DNA of 64,000 bases from positions 306 through 64,305 of IMG/VR virus record IMGVR_UViG_3300022752_003600. One strand, 5' to 3'. The translations under genes were made by a program, and so were the position numbers. A model generated the notes under the pieces. The model did no database searches. It saw only the letters and a program-made list of their open reading frames with translations, and was not told the DNA's origin. Below, in pieces: positions 45,855 to 57,200 of this stretch (positions within the stretch are counted from its first letter, which is position 1; each line of letters starts with the position of its first letter). The DNA is from a virus. Taxonomy: Duplodnaviria > Caudoviricetes.

Positions 45855-48800
45855 TCAGTCCTCTTTTGCGCTCTTTGGCGCCTCTTCCCAGTTCTCTGGG
45901 ATCAAGTCGCTCTTGCCGAGCGCGCGTGCGCGCTTGACGATGTGGCGTCGAACCTTCGCCCTGTCCTCTGGGTTCGCTCGGCCGTACGCCTGGATCGCGT
46001 TCTTCAGGTCACTGGTGTTGCGGATCGGGTACGAGCCATCCGGCAGTGCCTTGCCTGTCTTTGCAAGTCGCTCGCGCACCTTCGGTGAGATGTCCGCGAA
46101 CTGCGCGATCTCCTTGGCGGACGCAACGCGGGCGCGAAGCTCATCGGTCGACACGTCATCTTCTTCGATGAACAGCGACGCCGTCTTCCACTTTTCCGGG
46201 ACCAGGTCAGACTTGTCGAGCGCGCGTGCGCGCTTCATGATGTGTCGACGGATCGCGGCGCGCTTTGACTTCTTACCGCGGCCGTACGCTTGGATCGCGT
46301 CCTTGAGCTCATCGACGTTGCGGATCGGGTACGAGCCGTCTGGCAGCGCCTTGCCTTCATCTGCGAGCTTGCGGCGCTTTGTCATCGGCATGTAGCCAGC
46401 CTCGTCATAGCCGACAGCCGACGCGACTCGCGCTGAAAGCTCCTCGGACTTTGCCGCAAGCTCGGCGGCGCGCTGCGCCTTAGCCTCTGCAAAGCGGGCC
46501 TTTGCGGCCTGCGCCTGCGCCTCGAGCGGTGCCTTAGTGATCTTCTCGACCTCCTCGAGTCGCTTGTTGAGGGCGAGCAGCGGGTCGTCTGCCTTCAGCT
46601 TGGCGAGGACAGCGGCGCCTGCCGCGACGAGAGCGTGCACCTTGCCAGAGGCCATGAGTGCGCGTGCGATCGGAAAACCAGGGACGTTGACCTGGCAGAC
46701 CGCGACGAGCTCGAGCGAGCCGCGGATCGGGCGCCAGTCGCCTGACGGTGCCGAGGCGCGAAGCGCACGGACCTGCTCTGGAGTCGTGCCTGGGCGCAGT
46801 GCGCCGGCGACCCAGATGCCGTAAGAGTCTTCACCGGCGTGCACGTCGGCGATCGCGGACGCAGTGTCGTCGTAGTGCTTGACGGCGTCACGGGCGCTCG
46901 CCTCGAGCGGCGCGTGGCCACCGGCGAGCGTAAGCTGCCCGACGGCGTAGTCCTTGCCGTCATCGGCGCGGACGACTCCGGTGTGGAAGTACGCGTACTT
47001 GCTCTTGCTGCGTGGCGGCTTGGTGCCTGCGGTCATGCCGATGTGGTCGACGTGCCATGCCGCGATGTGGCCGAACACGCGACCTGCGTCGTCTACGGTC
47101 AGCGGTGTCGGCTTGTCGAGCTTTGGGTCTGTAAACCAGCCTGCCGGCGGAACGACCGGGATCGACGCGGCGATCGCACCCGACGCCACGATTGACTCTG
47201 CGGCGAGCGCGTCCATCTCTTCTGTGTATTCTCCGTCTGGAATCACGGTATCCTCCTGGATGACCTGAGGCGCGTACTCGACGGCCTCTGTTACTTGAAT
47301 CTTACACTGCTCGAAGGCAGGCTTCGGCACGATTGTCACAGCCATCACGCGGGCCTTGGTGATGTTGATCTTGTCGCCGCCGATCTTGTCTGGCTTCTTG
47401 TCTCCACCAGCCACGTCGGCCGCCTTCTCTGAGTCGGCCTCAAACTGGTCGAGGTCCGCGGAGACGCCGCGCAAGAACCCAGACTTTACAAGCCGCTCTG
47501 CCTCGCGACCGTACGGACCGGAGTCAAACACGCCGGTAGCGTTTCCGATTCCTTGCTCAGTCCGCTCCATCGTGTCGATCCGACCGACCACGACAGAGCC
47601 GTTGTGCCCGTCACCGGTCTTGATCTGCCAAAGCAGCGGAAGTGGAAGCTCGCGCATCGCGATCGCGCCCTTGTTGAACTTACGTCCGTCGCCAGACTCA
47701 ATGTCTTCTGGAATTACGAGCGGTATGTAAAACGCACAGCCGTCAGGTCCGTCTGTGTAACCTCCGGCCGTGATGACGCGCGACGCGACGTCATTTGACT
47801 CGGCGTTGAGCGCCGCAAGCTGGATATACCGTTCTTCTGCAACGATTGAGTCAGTAGAGAACGCCTTGTTTCTGCCGAAGCCATAGATCTGCCTGTGCAA
47901 CTTGTCTCCGGTCCAGAGGCCAGTCGCCTCTTTGTGCCGCAGCGCACAGTAGCCCTTGGCACGCGGACCCATGTACTTGACAAGGTGCCTGAAGCAGCGT
48001 GTCCAGTCACCCGGCGTGTTCCAGCGGATCTTCAGCGCGCCGCGGCCATACAGCCAGTACCGGCGCAGCTTCTCGGCGTTGCCACGGTTGCGGTCAAGGC
48101 CGCCCTTCGCGACGAGCGCACCGGCGTTGCCGCGGTTCTTGTCGATCCCTCCCTGCGCAAACTCCGCGCTCGACGTCATTGCGCCGTCGACTTGCTTGAG
48201 GACGTCTTCATACGTTGAGTTGTCGAGCGCGACGACCGGAGGCGGCGTCGGCGATGACAAGTCGGCGAGGATCTGCGTGTCTTGCTCCCACTTGCCGTCG
48301 ACACGCTTGAACGTCATCGGCGACGGCATCATCGTCGACTTCGGCACGATCGCGACGAGGTCGAGCACGGCGCGTGGGTCGTCGGGTGACACGAGCGCGA
48401 GGTACATCGGCGGGACGTCACTCGTCTCTGGAGTCAGCGCCTTGCCGCGTTCTTTTCCTGTCGGAGCGTACTTTTCCGCGCCAGCTGACGTGATCGGGCT
48501 GTAGTACAGCGCGCTCTCTTTCTTGCGCTTGAAGAAGTCCTTGAGCATCGGGTGCTGCTTCGCGTCGAGGATCGTCTTCTTTCCAGAGCGCTCTTCGAGT
48601 CCCTTTCGGTACTCACTCGCCTCCGGCTCAGGCGCGTTGTCGCCGACCGGTTGCTGCGGCTTCGGCGTCTCAAAGCGCTCGGCCTGCTGCTTGTCGCGCA
48701 TCGACTTCACCCACGCGGGGTAGTCATACAGCACGGTCCGGAGGTCTTCTGGCGACAGCGCAGGCAGCGCGCCTGGTATCTGCGCCTTCGGCCTGTCGAT

Positions 48801-50183
48801 CGGCGCACGTGGCTGGCCAAGTATTCCTGAGGTGTCAAGCGGCGCGGTGTCCGTATTTCCACCCTCTTGGGCTACGGCTCGTTGCTGCGCGTCTTCTTCT
48901 TTCTCAGTGAGGTTCGCCGCGACGTTCACGGTGTTGCCGTTGTCGAGCTTCACCGACACCTCCTGCGTCGCAGGGTTGATTCCGGTGATGCTTCCGCGCC
49001 CGTTCTTCATGTCTCCGCCGACGACGACTCGAGAGCCCATCGCGGCAAACCTGCCGCCCTTGTCGCGCACCTGACCCTGGGCCTTCTCTGACCGCTCTTC
49101 TGGAGTGTATACTCCAGGAGACTCGTCATCAAGTCCGCCTTCTCCGGCGGCGACCATCGCCATCTCGATCTCGCTCCAGTCAAGTTCATCGAGCCCGAGC
49201 AAGATAAGTTGCGCCTCTTCTGGGTCAATGTCTTCGGCGCGTACCGACATGAATGGTTGCTGGTGAAGTCTTGCGCAGATCGCCATCGCCGAGTCGGCGT
49301 CAACAAGTATGTGGTCTTTTTCTACGCTGTCATACGGGTCATCAAGCGCCTTGTCATACGTCAAGACATCTCCGTCAGTGGTGCCTAGGCTGTCCCAGTA
49401 GCCATCATCCCACACCATGACCGAACCGTCATTCTCAACCTTGTACACGCGGTCGATGCCGCTGCCGTCAAGCCGCACTCTGGCGACAAACTCCGGACCA
49501 AACCCGCTCTCTCCAAGTTCTTTTGCGAGCTTGAACGCCTCTACGTCTCCCCTGAGGCTTACTAGGTCGTTGTAGTCGTCGTACTCTGCATAGTTTTCAT
49601 TGACAACGTAGCCACCGGCGCGTACTGACTTTTTCTTCTTGTTTTCGCGCTCGACGATGGCTCGTGCCCAGCGCCACGCCGTGTCACCGCCCCACAGCGC
49701 CCACGCGATCCGTCCCGCTGACGGGAACCCGTCTTGGCCTGGCTTGTAACCTTTGCCTTTCTTGTCAACCTCGTGCCGTGGAAAGTACTTTGCGATGTGA
49801 CGCACCTTCTCGATGCCGATCTGCCCGCCGCGCGCGAGTGTGCGTGCGGTGTTAACTCCAACAGGCGTTCCTCCTCGTCCGTGCTCTTTCCTCCACTTTA
49901 GACCTCGCTCGGCCTCGGCCTTTGCGCCGGCTGGGATCGTGTACATGCGCCCGGCTGACGCAACAATCTGGACGCTCAAGTCTGCAAGTGCGCCTGTCGC
50001 AAGGTCAAGTGCCGACTTTGGCACTGGCGTCGGCTCGACCGCCCAGCGGTGCGCGCTTGCAAGCAAAGAAAAGTCGCCTGCGTCGTCAACGATGTTGTGC
50101 GCGATGTCAATGACGACTCCCTGCGCCCGTTGGTCATCTGTAAAGAGCGCAAAGTCGCCAGACACGCCGTATAGTTTAGTCAC
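45855..50183 (-). CDS. Multidomain capsid maturation protease polyprotein
   Basis: ESGDGR...LPLLWQ...GHNGSVVVGRI...GVSAD...VPKPAF protease domain, GRVFGHIAAW/SGDWR domain, two ALPDGSYPIRN repeats, AWALWGG and KIRWNTPGDWTRC modules. Confidence 0.8.
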   Translation of the reverse strand: MTKLYGVSGDFALFTDDQRAQGVVIDIAHNIVDDAGDFSLLASAHRWAVEPTPVPKSALDLATGALADLSVQIVASAGRMYTIPAGAKAEAERGLKWRKEHGRGGTPVGVNTARTLARGGQIGIEKVRHIAKYFPRHEVDKKGKGYKPGQDGFPSAGRIAWALWGGDTAWRWARAIVERENKKKKSVRAGGYVVNENYAEYDDYNDLVSLRGDVEAFKLAKELGESGFGPEFVARVRLDGSGIDRVYKVENDGSVMVWDDGYWDSLGTTDGDVLTYDKALDDPYDSVEKDHILVDADSAMAICARLHQQPFMSVRAEDIDPEEAQLILLGLDELDWSEIEMAMVAAGEGGLDDESPGVYTPEERSEKAQGQVRDKGGRFAAMGSRVVVGGDMKNGRGSITGINPATQEVSVKLDNGNTVNVAANLTEKEEDAQQRAVAQEGGNTDTAPLDTSGILGQPRAPIDRPKAQIPGALPALSPEDLRTVLYDYPAWVKSMRDKQQAERFETPKPQQPVGDNAPEPEASEYRKGLEERSGKKTILDAKQHPMLKDFFKRKKESALYYSPITSAGAEKYAPTGKERGKALTPETSDVPPMYLALVSPDDPRAVLDLVAIVPKSTMMPSPMTFKRVDGKWEQDTQILADLSSPTPPPVVALDNSTYEDVLKQVDGAMTSSAEFAQGGIDKNRGNAGALVAKGGLDRNRGNAEKLRRYWLYGRGALKIRWNTPGDWTRCFRHLVKYMGPRAKGYCALRHKEATGLWTGDKLHRQIYGFGRNKAFSTDSIVAEERYIQLAALNAESNDVASRVITAGGYTDGPDGCAFYIPLVIPEDIESGDGRKFNKGAIAMRELPLPLLWQIKTGDGHNGSVVVGRIDTMERTEQGIGNATGVFDSGPYGREAERLVKSGFLRGVSADLDQFEADSEKAADVAGGDKKPDKIGGDKINITKARVMAVTIVPKPAFEQCKIQVTEAVEYAPQVIQEDTVIPDGEYTEEMDALAAESIVASGAIAASIPVVPPAGWFTDPKLDKPTPLTVDDAGRVFGHIAAWHVDHIGMTAGTKPPRSKSKYAYFHTGVVRADDGKDYAVGQLTLAGGHAPLEASARDAVKHYDDTASAIADVHAGEDSYGIWVAGALRPGTTPEQVRALRASAPSGDWRPIRGSLELVAVCQVNVPGFPIARALMASGKVHALVAAGAAVLAKLKADDPLLALNKRLEEVEKITKAPLEAQAQAAKARFAEAKAQRAAELAAKSEELSARVASAVGYDEAGYMPMTKRRKLADEGKALPDGSYPIRNVDELKDAIQAYGRGKKSKRAAIRRHIMKRARALDKSDLVPEKWKTASLFIEEDDVSTDELRARVASAKEIAQFADISPKVRERLAKTGKALPDGSYPIRNTSDLKNAIQAYGRANPEDRAKVRRHIVKRARALGKSDLIPENWEEAPKSAKED

Positions 50184-50868
50184 CTGTTACCGGTCCTCCT
50201 GTGATCCACGCGTCGCACGTCCGCGACGCAGCACACTTAAAGTCAAACGCCTCGCAGTAGCCAAGCGCGCCGGCCTCGACCGTCTCCCACGCGTCTCGTG
50301 CAGGGCCACCACCGGACTTCAAGCCCTCGGCGATGCAGTCAAGCATCTTGCTCGTGACGATGAACGCGGCGCAGTTTCCGCAGAGCGACTGCTTTGCGTC
50401 GTCAGGTGAGACAGTCCAGCGATCTGCCTTCTTCTGCCAGAACTCCGTGTTTGGCAGCTTCGGGTTGAGCGGGCCGTATCCAGCGGACTTGATCGCGTTC
50501 TCGCGGTTGCGCAGGTTGAGCGCTACGTCTTGTGTCGCCGGCGGACAGTCTGCCGCGGCCGCCGCCGTGATCGGCATGTCTTCAGGCTCAATGAACCTGC
50601 GGATGTCGGCCACATTGATCTTCTTTTCGGCCTCTTCCTGCTTGTCAAAAAATGGTATGAACGAAAGCTTGACCCTGTAGGCGGCTGTGTCTTCGAGCGT
50701 CTCTTCCTCGACCTGAGCCCACGCACGCCCGTCACGGATAAACGTTCCGTCTTTTTCCTTACTGTAGAGGACCAAGTACTTGACGGTCTCGTCGCTCGTG
50801 TCTTCTGCAACGTAGAGGAGGTCATCAGGACCAAGAGATGTCGGCCAGACTGCCACTATAGGCTCCAC
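50176..50868 (-). CDS. Hypothetical head-module protein with Cys-rich domain
   Basis: CPPAT...CGNC...GYCE..DFKCAASRTCDAW. Confidence 0.75.
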   Translation of the reverse strand: MEPIVAVWPTSLGPDDLLYVAEDTSDETVKYLVLYSKEKDGTFIRDGRAWAQVEEETLEDTAAYRVKLSFIPFFDKQEEAEKKINVADIRRFIEPEDMPITAAAAADCPPATQDVALNLRNRENAIKSAGYGPLNPKLPNTEFWQKKADRWTVSPDDAKQSLCGNCAAFIVTSKMLDCIAEGLKSGGGPARDAWETVEAGALGYCEAFDFKCAASRTCDAWITGGPVTGD

Positions 50869-51257
50869 ATGGTTCGGTTGTTCAGCAGCATCGTCTTGAG
50901 CTCTTCCATGTTCTTTGGCTTGTTGATCTTATCCGAGCGGCCGAGGGCCCAGTCTGCGTCGCTAAACCTTACCGCTCTTATCTTATACGTGTTTCCGTAG
51001 GCCGAAAAGCGTATATTTGACCGGTCTTCTGCGACCTTGACGGCGTCGAGGTTCTCGACCAGGTACGCCTTGGCGGTCCCGTCTGAGCGCCCGATGAGTA
51101 CCGCTCTGGTCTCATCGCGCCCTGGCGGAGAGATCGAGACTGAGTAGGCCACGCGGTTCTCTCGAGCGCCGCCTTTTCTTCGTACCTCCATGACGGCCGG
51201 AGCCGGCATGATAAAGACCGTTGACTGGTTTTCTTCTACCTGCTTTTCAAACAGCAT
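50856..51257 (-). CDS. Hypothetical protein
   Basis: GAGG SD; immediately follows the 3033-aa gene. Confidence 0.7.
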   Translation of the reverse strand: MLFEKQVEENQSTVFIMPAPAVMEVRRKGGARENRVAYSVSISPPGRDETRAVLIGRSDGTAKAYLVENLDAVKVAEDRSNIRFSAYGNTYKIRAVRFSDADWALGRSDKINKPKNMEELKTMLLNNRTMWSL

Positions 51258-51266
51258 GTCGGTGCC

Positions 51267-54200
51267 TCACGCTTGCGGTTGGGGTGGAGTCTTGCTGGTT
51301 TGCGTGCCGCGTATGAACTTGATATACGCCGGGTCAATATACTTTTGAACAATCGGGTTTTCTAGCGCCTCGTCGTCCTTCGATATGCCGAACGTGACTA
51401 CCTGCCTGATTGGCTTGCCACCGATCTCTGTGACGCCGCGGTCTTCAAGAGCTTTTACAAGAGCGTCTTTCTTGTCTCTCGATGACACAAGGATAAACCC
51501 GATGTCGTCATGGCTGACCTCTCCCTTGAACATGACCTCATAAGAGGTTCTCTTGACTTTGCCGATGACGTAGTCTGTGGTCGGCTCAAGTGACTCTTCA
51601 GGCACGGTGCGAAAGCCGAAGTAGTCGCCTTCGTTGGCGTAGAAGTCTATGCGCCGAAACATCGTCTCTGAATCGTATACGAACGTCACTCCCGATGTGC
51701 TGTTTTCTCCATAAAGTATGTGTGACGCCATTCCGCTGCTCATGTCACTCGGCGTGAAGAACACGTAGTCTGCTCCGCCTGTTTCTATGTCACGGTACGT
51801 AGACTGTCCAAGCGCGCGGCTGCCGTGCAGCGCACGCTGCACTGACGATCGCAGCGCCTGCCCATCTTTAAGCATGTCGGCGATGCCGTTGATGACGCCC
51901 TGCTGCCCTTCATTGCTCATGCTGCCTCCACTAAAGTTAGTAGTCGTTATTGTGTGGTGAAGCAAGTCGACGCCTGTCTTGTTTCTTATCGCTTTCCCAA
52001 GCGACGGCGGACCGACGATCTCTACCTTTCCGCCGCTACCGATCTTGACGGTGAAGTCTTCTGGTCTGACTCCATATTTTTCAAAGATGCTGTCTAGCAC
52101 CTCTCTTCGCCTAGCGGGGTCTGTCACGTACACCGTCGGGTCCGCCTTGCCTCCAAGCACGCTTACCATCCTGTTTTCGATAAGCAGCTGTAGAGCCTCG
52201 CTCGTTCCCGGGCCGGGGTCTCTGACTCCGCCCGCCTGCAGCGCCTTTGCGACCACCTGTGTCGGCGTCCCTTCAGGCACGTCAACTGAAACAAAGCCGT
52301 CAAATGCCTTGAGCGGCGCGTCTCCACTGTTGCGCGAGCGGACGTAATTGATCGTGACGTCGTATCCGTCGACGTCGACGGTCTTCGTCCATGTACCGCT
52401 TTCTGTGTCGCTGTCTTTCCATTCCACGTCATAGCTAACAGCCGTGTACGTCCCGAGTGTTTGTTCGCCTGGAATGCCTATCTGGATAGAAGGCTCGTAC
52501 CTTGCGTTAGGAACGGTTTGGTCACGGTTTACCGTAAAGCCACTGTCTTCTTTGCCTACTACGTCTTTGAAAAAGTCGTCCGACGCCCATGACGTCAACT
52601 TGTACTGGTACCTGGTCTTTGAGACATACTGCGGCCCGCCTCCTGGCGGAGGCGCCATGCCGGTGACAACGTTGATGACCATGTCCTCAATGTCCGTGCC
52701 GTCGCCGAGCGTCTGGACGATGTCAGCTGTGGTGCGGCTGCTTATCTCTTCGTCTCGCTGCACCTTGATTGCGACCGACCGTTGGGTTGCGTCGTCAATT
52801 GAAAGTATCTTTGGACTAGCGGGAGTAGACCAGTCAACCGGATCTGCGTCGATGTCGCGGTAGGCCGGTTTTGCTGGGTCAAACATGCCACCACCTCTAA
52901 AAGGCGCTTTTCGGGCTTCGCGCTCCTTGACTTTGACATATGCCGAGTTGTACCTATGAGAAAAGTCGTATGACTGATATTTAGCGGATTCGATCATCCT
53001 GTTCACGCGCGTCTTGAGCACAAGCAGCCTGTCAGCTTCGTTAAGAAGCGTGAGCGCGTTCCTGTCTCCTTTGGCCGCGCTTACACTCGCCGCGCTGCTT
53101 ACTGCCTTAGCCAAGCGGTTTATGTCTACGACCGACTGAGCTATCTGCTCAGCGCTGGGGCTGTCGGGAGACTTAAACTTGTCGCTCTTTGATAGCCCCA
53201 GCTCAGAGATAGTCTCTGCACGCAGCGCGAGCGCGAGCTTTGTGAGGACGGTGGCGTCGCCGATCCGCTTAGCCAGTAGCCCGATCGCGTAGAGCGAGTC
53301 GCTTTCTTCCGCCGTGGAGGGCTTTTTTCCCGTAGAGTACATCGCGCTAACGACCTTTTCGATATCAGCAAGCTCGCTGGGCTTTCCCGGGAGGGTGACT
53401 CTTAGCGCGTCGTCATTGAGAAGTTTGGCAAGAGACGCGATGCCTTCGTATTTTGTCTTTTTCTTGTCTTCGGCATCAAAATCTGACAGCCACAGCTCGC
53501 TAAGGTCACGTGGGTCGTGCTTCAAGATGTCAAGCGGCGGAAGCGCTGTCGCAGGGGTCCCGTCCTGCGGCGCCCAACGCGTGCCGTTAAGCCGCTCGTT
53601 TGCGGTATACTGAAAAAGTTCATATGCGTCCTGAAGCTGCCTCTTGGTGTCGTTGACTTCTGATCCAAAGTTAACGCCAGGCATAAATCCTTTGTCAGCT
53701 TCCATATGCTGGTCGAATCGGTCCCTAGCCAAAGTGACCAGCTCTTCCATGTCTTTTTTAAGCGTCTCAAGCGTGTACTCTCCTTCCTCAAGCTTGCCTC
53801 TTATGTCGTCGACCTTGTTACGCATATACGTGAAGCCGACTGTGCTCGAGTACGTTGACAGCGCAAAGATGGTTTCAGCGCTCGCCGTGAGGTCAACTAG
53901 GTCACTTTTTTCCGACTTGGTGGCCTCAGCAAAGGTGATCACAGGAGCGGCGTCTTTGCTTGGCTCTTCGGCTTTTTCTAGCAGGTCTGCGGTCGGCGCC
54001 TCGGGCTCCGGCGCCAAGATCTCGTCTCCGAGTTTTTCTTCTTCGTCCGGGGTCGCCCCCGAGGGGGCCTCAGCTTTTGGGAGCTTACCGTCCTCGACCG
54101 CCTGCTCGTATTTTTCGCGCGCTTTCTTGTCCCAGGTCTTGAAGCCGCCTGTTGCGTCGGAGGGGTCAATCGGCTCGAGCGACCACGTGACCTTGTTGAT

Positions 54201-57200
54201 CTTCTTGCCGGTCTTCGAGTCGATCACAAAGACACCGTGCCACTGAGACTTGTTGGCGTACCTATCGACGACGCCCTCAAAGCCGTTCTTACCGCGGACG
54301 AGCATGCCAGGCTTGATGATCGTCGTGCCGTCCTTAGCGACGCCGAGCACGCGACCTGTCTTCGGATCTGTCGCTCCCATCGGCGGCAGGTCTGGGTCTT
54401 GCACCGGCTCAAACGCCTTGCCGCTGAAGACGTCACGGGCGCGCTCGATCTCTGTCGCGATGTAGTCTAGGTCGTCGTTTTTCCTGTCGAGTCCGCCGAT
54501 GACCTTGTCAAGCTCGGCCTGGGCCTCGTCGGCGTCGATGTCACCCTTGCGGAAGCGCTTGATGACGTCTTTCGCGGCGTCGGCAGCCTTTTTTGCGTTT
54601 TTCTTAACGATGAGCTTGACACCGGGGTCCTCGTCGACGACCTGAAGCGCGTCATTGACGTCCTTCTCCGCGTCCTTGAGCGCCTTGGCGACCTGCTGCG
54701 TAGTGACGTCGACGCCGTCTTTGCTCGGGACCTCCTGCGGCGCGCTGTCTGTCGGCTTGGCCTGGACCTTCCTAATCAGCGCATCGACAGACGGGACCGA
54801 GCACGGTCCGTTTTCTGGTCCGACGGCCGCGGTTAGTCCTGAGCCGCCGCAGTTGAGTGCCGCACGAACGGCCTTGTCAGTCTCAAACCTCGCGAGCTCG
54901 TCACGCCACGCCTCGATCTCCTCTGGAGACGCGTCAGGCGAGATCTCTGGTCTGTGCAGCGGCTCAAGGTCGCCCTTCGGCGGAGTCTTTCCACCTCGTG
55001 CGACGTCATTGACGTCGTCGACCCCGAACTCAAGACGCTGCGACTTGCCACCTGGATAGTAGCCTTGCACGCTAATCTTTCCGTCTGGCGTCTCGTCGTC
55101 GACAAACGCGCTCTCGACGACAAACGAGCCGTCGTCAAGGATGTCTCCAGCTCGAAGCTCACGAGCCGACACTTTTTCAGTGGTTGTAACGACCGGCATG
55201 TCGTCGGACTCGTCGACACCTAAGATGCGTCGCAAGATGTCGGCGCGGCGGTTACGCAGTCGGATCTTGAGCATCGAGGCCATCTCTGGGTCGCTGACGA
55301 TCGAGTCAACGACAGCGTCGACAGCCTCTGGCTCGATCGCACGCAGCCTGTTGGCCTGGTCTACAAGCTCTTGGTCGGTGATGCCGCCAAAGATCCTCGA
55401 GTTTTGCGGATTGAGGTCTCGGTCGCGCAGCGTGTCGAGCTCGCCGACCGAGTCGCCAAAAGCGCCACCCTTCGGTGCGCCTCTCGCACGAAACACGAGC
55501 GCGCCACCCGGGTCAACGCGGACAGGGTTGCCATCCGCGTCAGACATGACGTTGTCGTACACGAGGCCTGCGACGTCCCAGTTGGCGAGCCACGCGTCGA
55601 CGACAAAGCCGTCACGCAGCTTCTTGATGTAGTCTTCGTCATAGAGCCGATCTTCAAGCTCGTTTGTCGCTCCGGGGATCAGTGGAGAGACGATGCGCGT
55701 GCCCTCTGACGAGTCGCCGAGCAGCGTGCGCGCCGCCGGCGTGCCGGTTAGCTCGTAGAGCGCCGCGGCAAGCGCCTCGTTCTCTGCGTGCGCCTGCGAC
55801 TTGGGAACCTTGACGTAGTACTCGTTGCCGTCTGGGTCTCGGTAGAAGCCGCCCTCGTTGGAGCCGGCCTGGCCGCTGTACATCTCCCAGTCATCGACGT
55901 TGGGGCGCGTGTCCTCGAAGATGTCTTCCTCACTCGGGGCCTCTGCCTTGCGTGCTGACTTTTTGATCGTGACAACGTACTTTGGCTTGCCGCGACCCAG
56001 TGGATCTGGAACTTTTTTGACGTCTGTGACCTCGTATGTTCCGACACCGAGGTGCTCTTTTTCTCCAAACCACGACACGCCTGAGATAGAGAACGAGTCT
56101 AAGTCGCCGGGTTCCGCGACAAACACGAACTGAGCGTCGTTATTTTCAGGCCTGAACAGCATCGCGCTGGCGAATCCCTTGCCTGTCAAGTCATTTTCAG
56201 TAAATGAGCGCGAGTCCATCGGAAACGTAGCGCCGACTGTCAGGTACGTTGACGCAAGCGGATCGTCTTCTGAGACACCGATTGAGCGTGACAGACGCAC
56301 AGTGTTTGGAGCCGCAGCGACCCTGCTCAGTCGGTACAACGCGGCCGCAGTAGAACCGTCGTCAAGGTCGCCTTCTCCGTTTGCGATGCGGTTGCGCCCG
56401 GCGACAAACTCTGGAAAGCCGCCGTACTCTTCAATCAATGTCGCGTACGCGTCTTCTATGTCAACACTGTCGAGGCCTTCTGCATTTTCAATAGCTCGAC
56501 TGACGATGCCTAAGATTGAAGCCGGATCCGCGTTGAGGTCCGGTCCGTCTTCAAGCGTGCCGCTGCTGTCACCGCCGTCTGCGCTCATGACGACGCCCCA
56601 CAGCGCACGGAACGCCTCGCGCTGCTGCGCCGTGCCGCGTGACCACGGCAGGTACCTTGTCAACAGGCCTACAAGGTTTTCTTCGTCTAAGCCACCAGAC
56701 TCGGCCGTTTCTTTGATTGTTGATGCGATCTCAACGATGCCAGAGTTTGTCTCGTCTCCATACTCGTCCATGAGGTCGACAGCTCGCTGCGCGCTGTTTG
56801 GCCTGCCGAGTTCTCGGTTTAGCGACCTAGCCAGATCAATCTCTTCGCGACGAGACTTCGGGCCGGTCGGCGCGAGCTCCGGCGCCTCGTCGGGGCCGAC
56901 TCTCATGTCATCGCGGACCTGGCGGACCTTGTCTGCGTTGACCGGCTCATCAAGCAACGAGTCATAGAGGCCGGCGAGTACCATGTCGGCGTCAAGACCT
57001 TGCTGCTGGAGCGCCTCGTATAGCGCCTCGGCCGGGACGAGCTCGTCTCCGTCATCAAACGGCATCAGACCTTCACCGCTGGCCGGCTGGCCGCCGTCCG
57101 GCAAGACAGCCTCTCGCAGCGCTCGACCTAGCGTCGCGGCGTCAAACTTACTAGCGAGGACGGCTGGGTCATCAGTGTAGTCCTCGGCGCTCTCGGTCGT

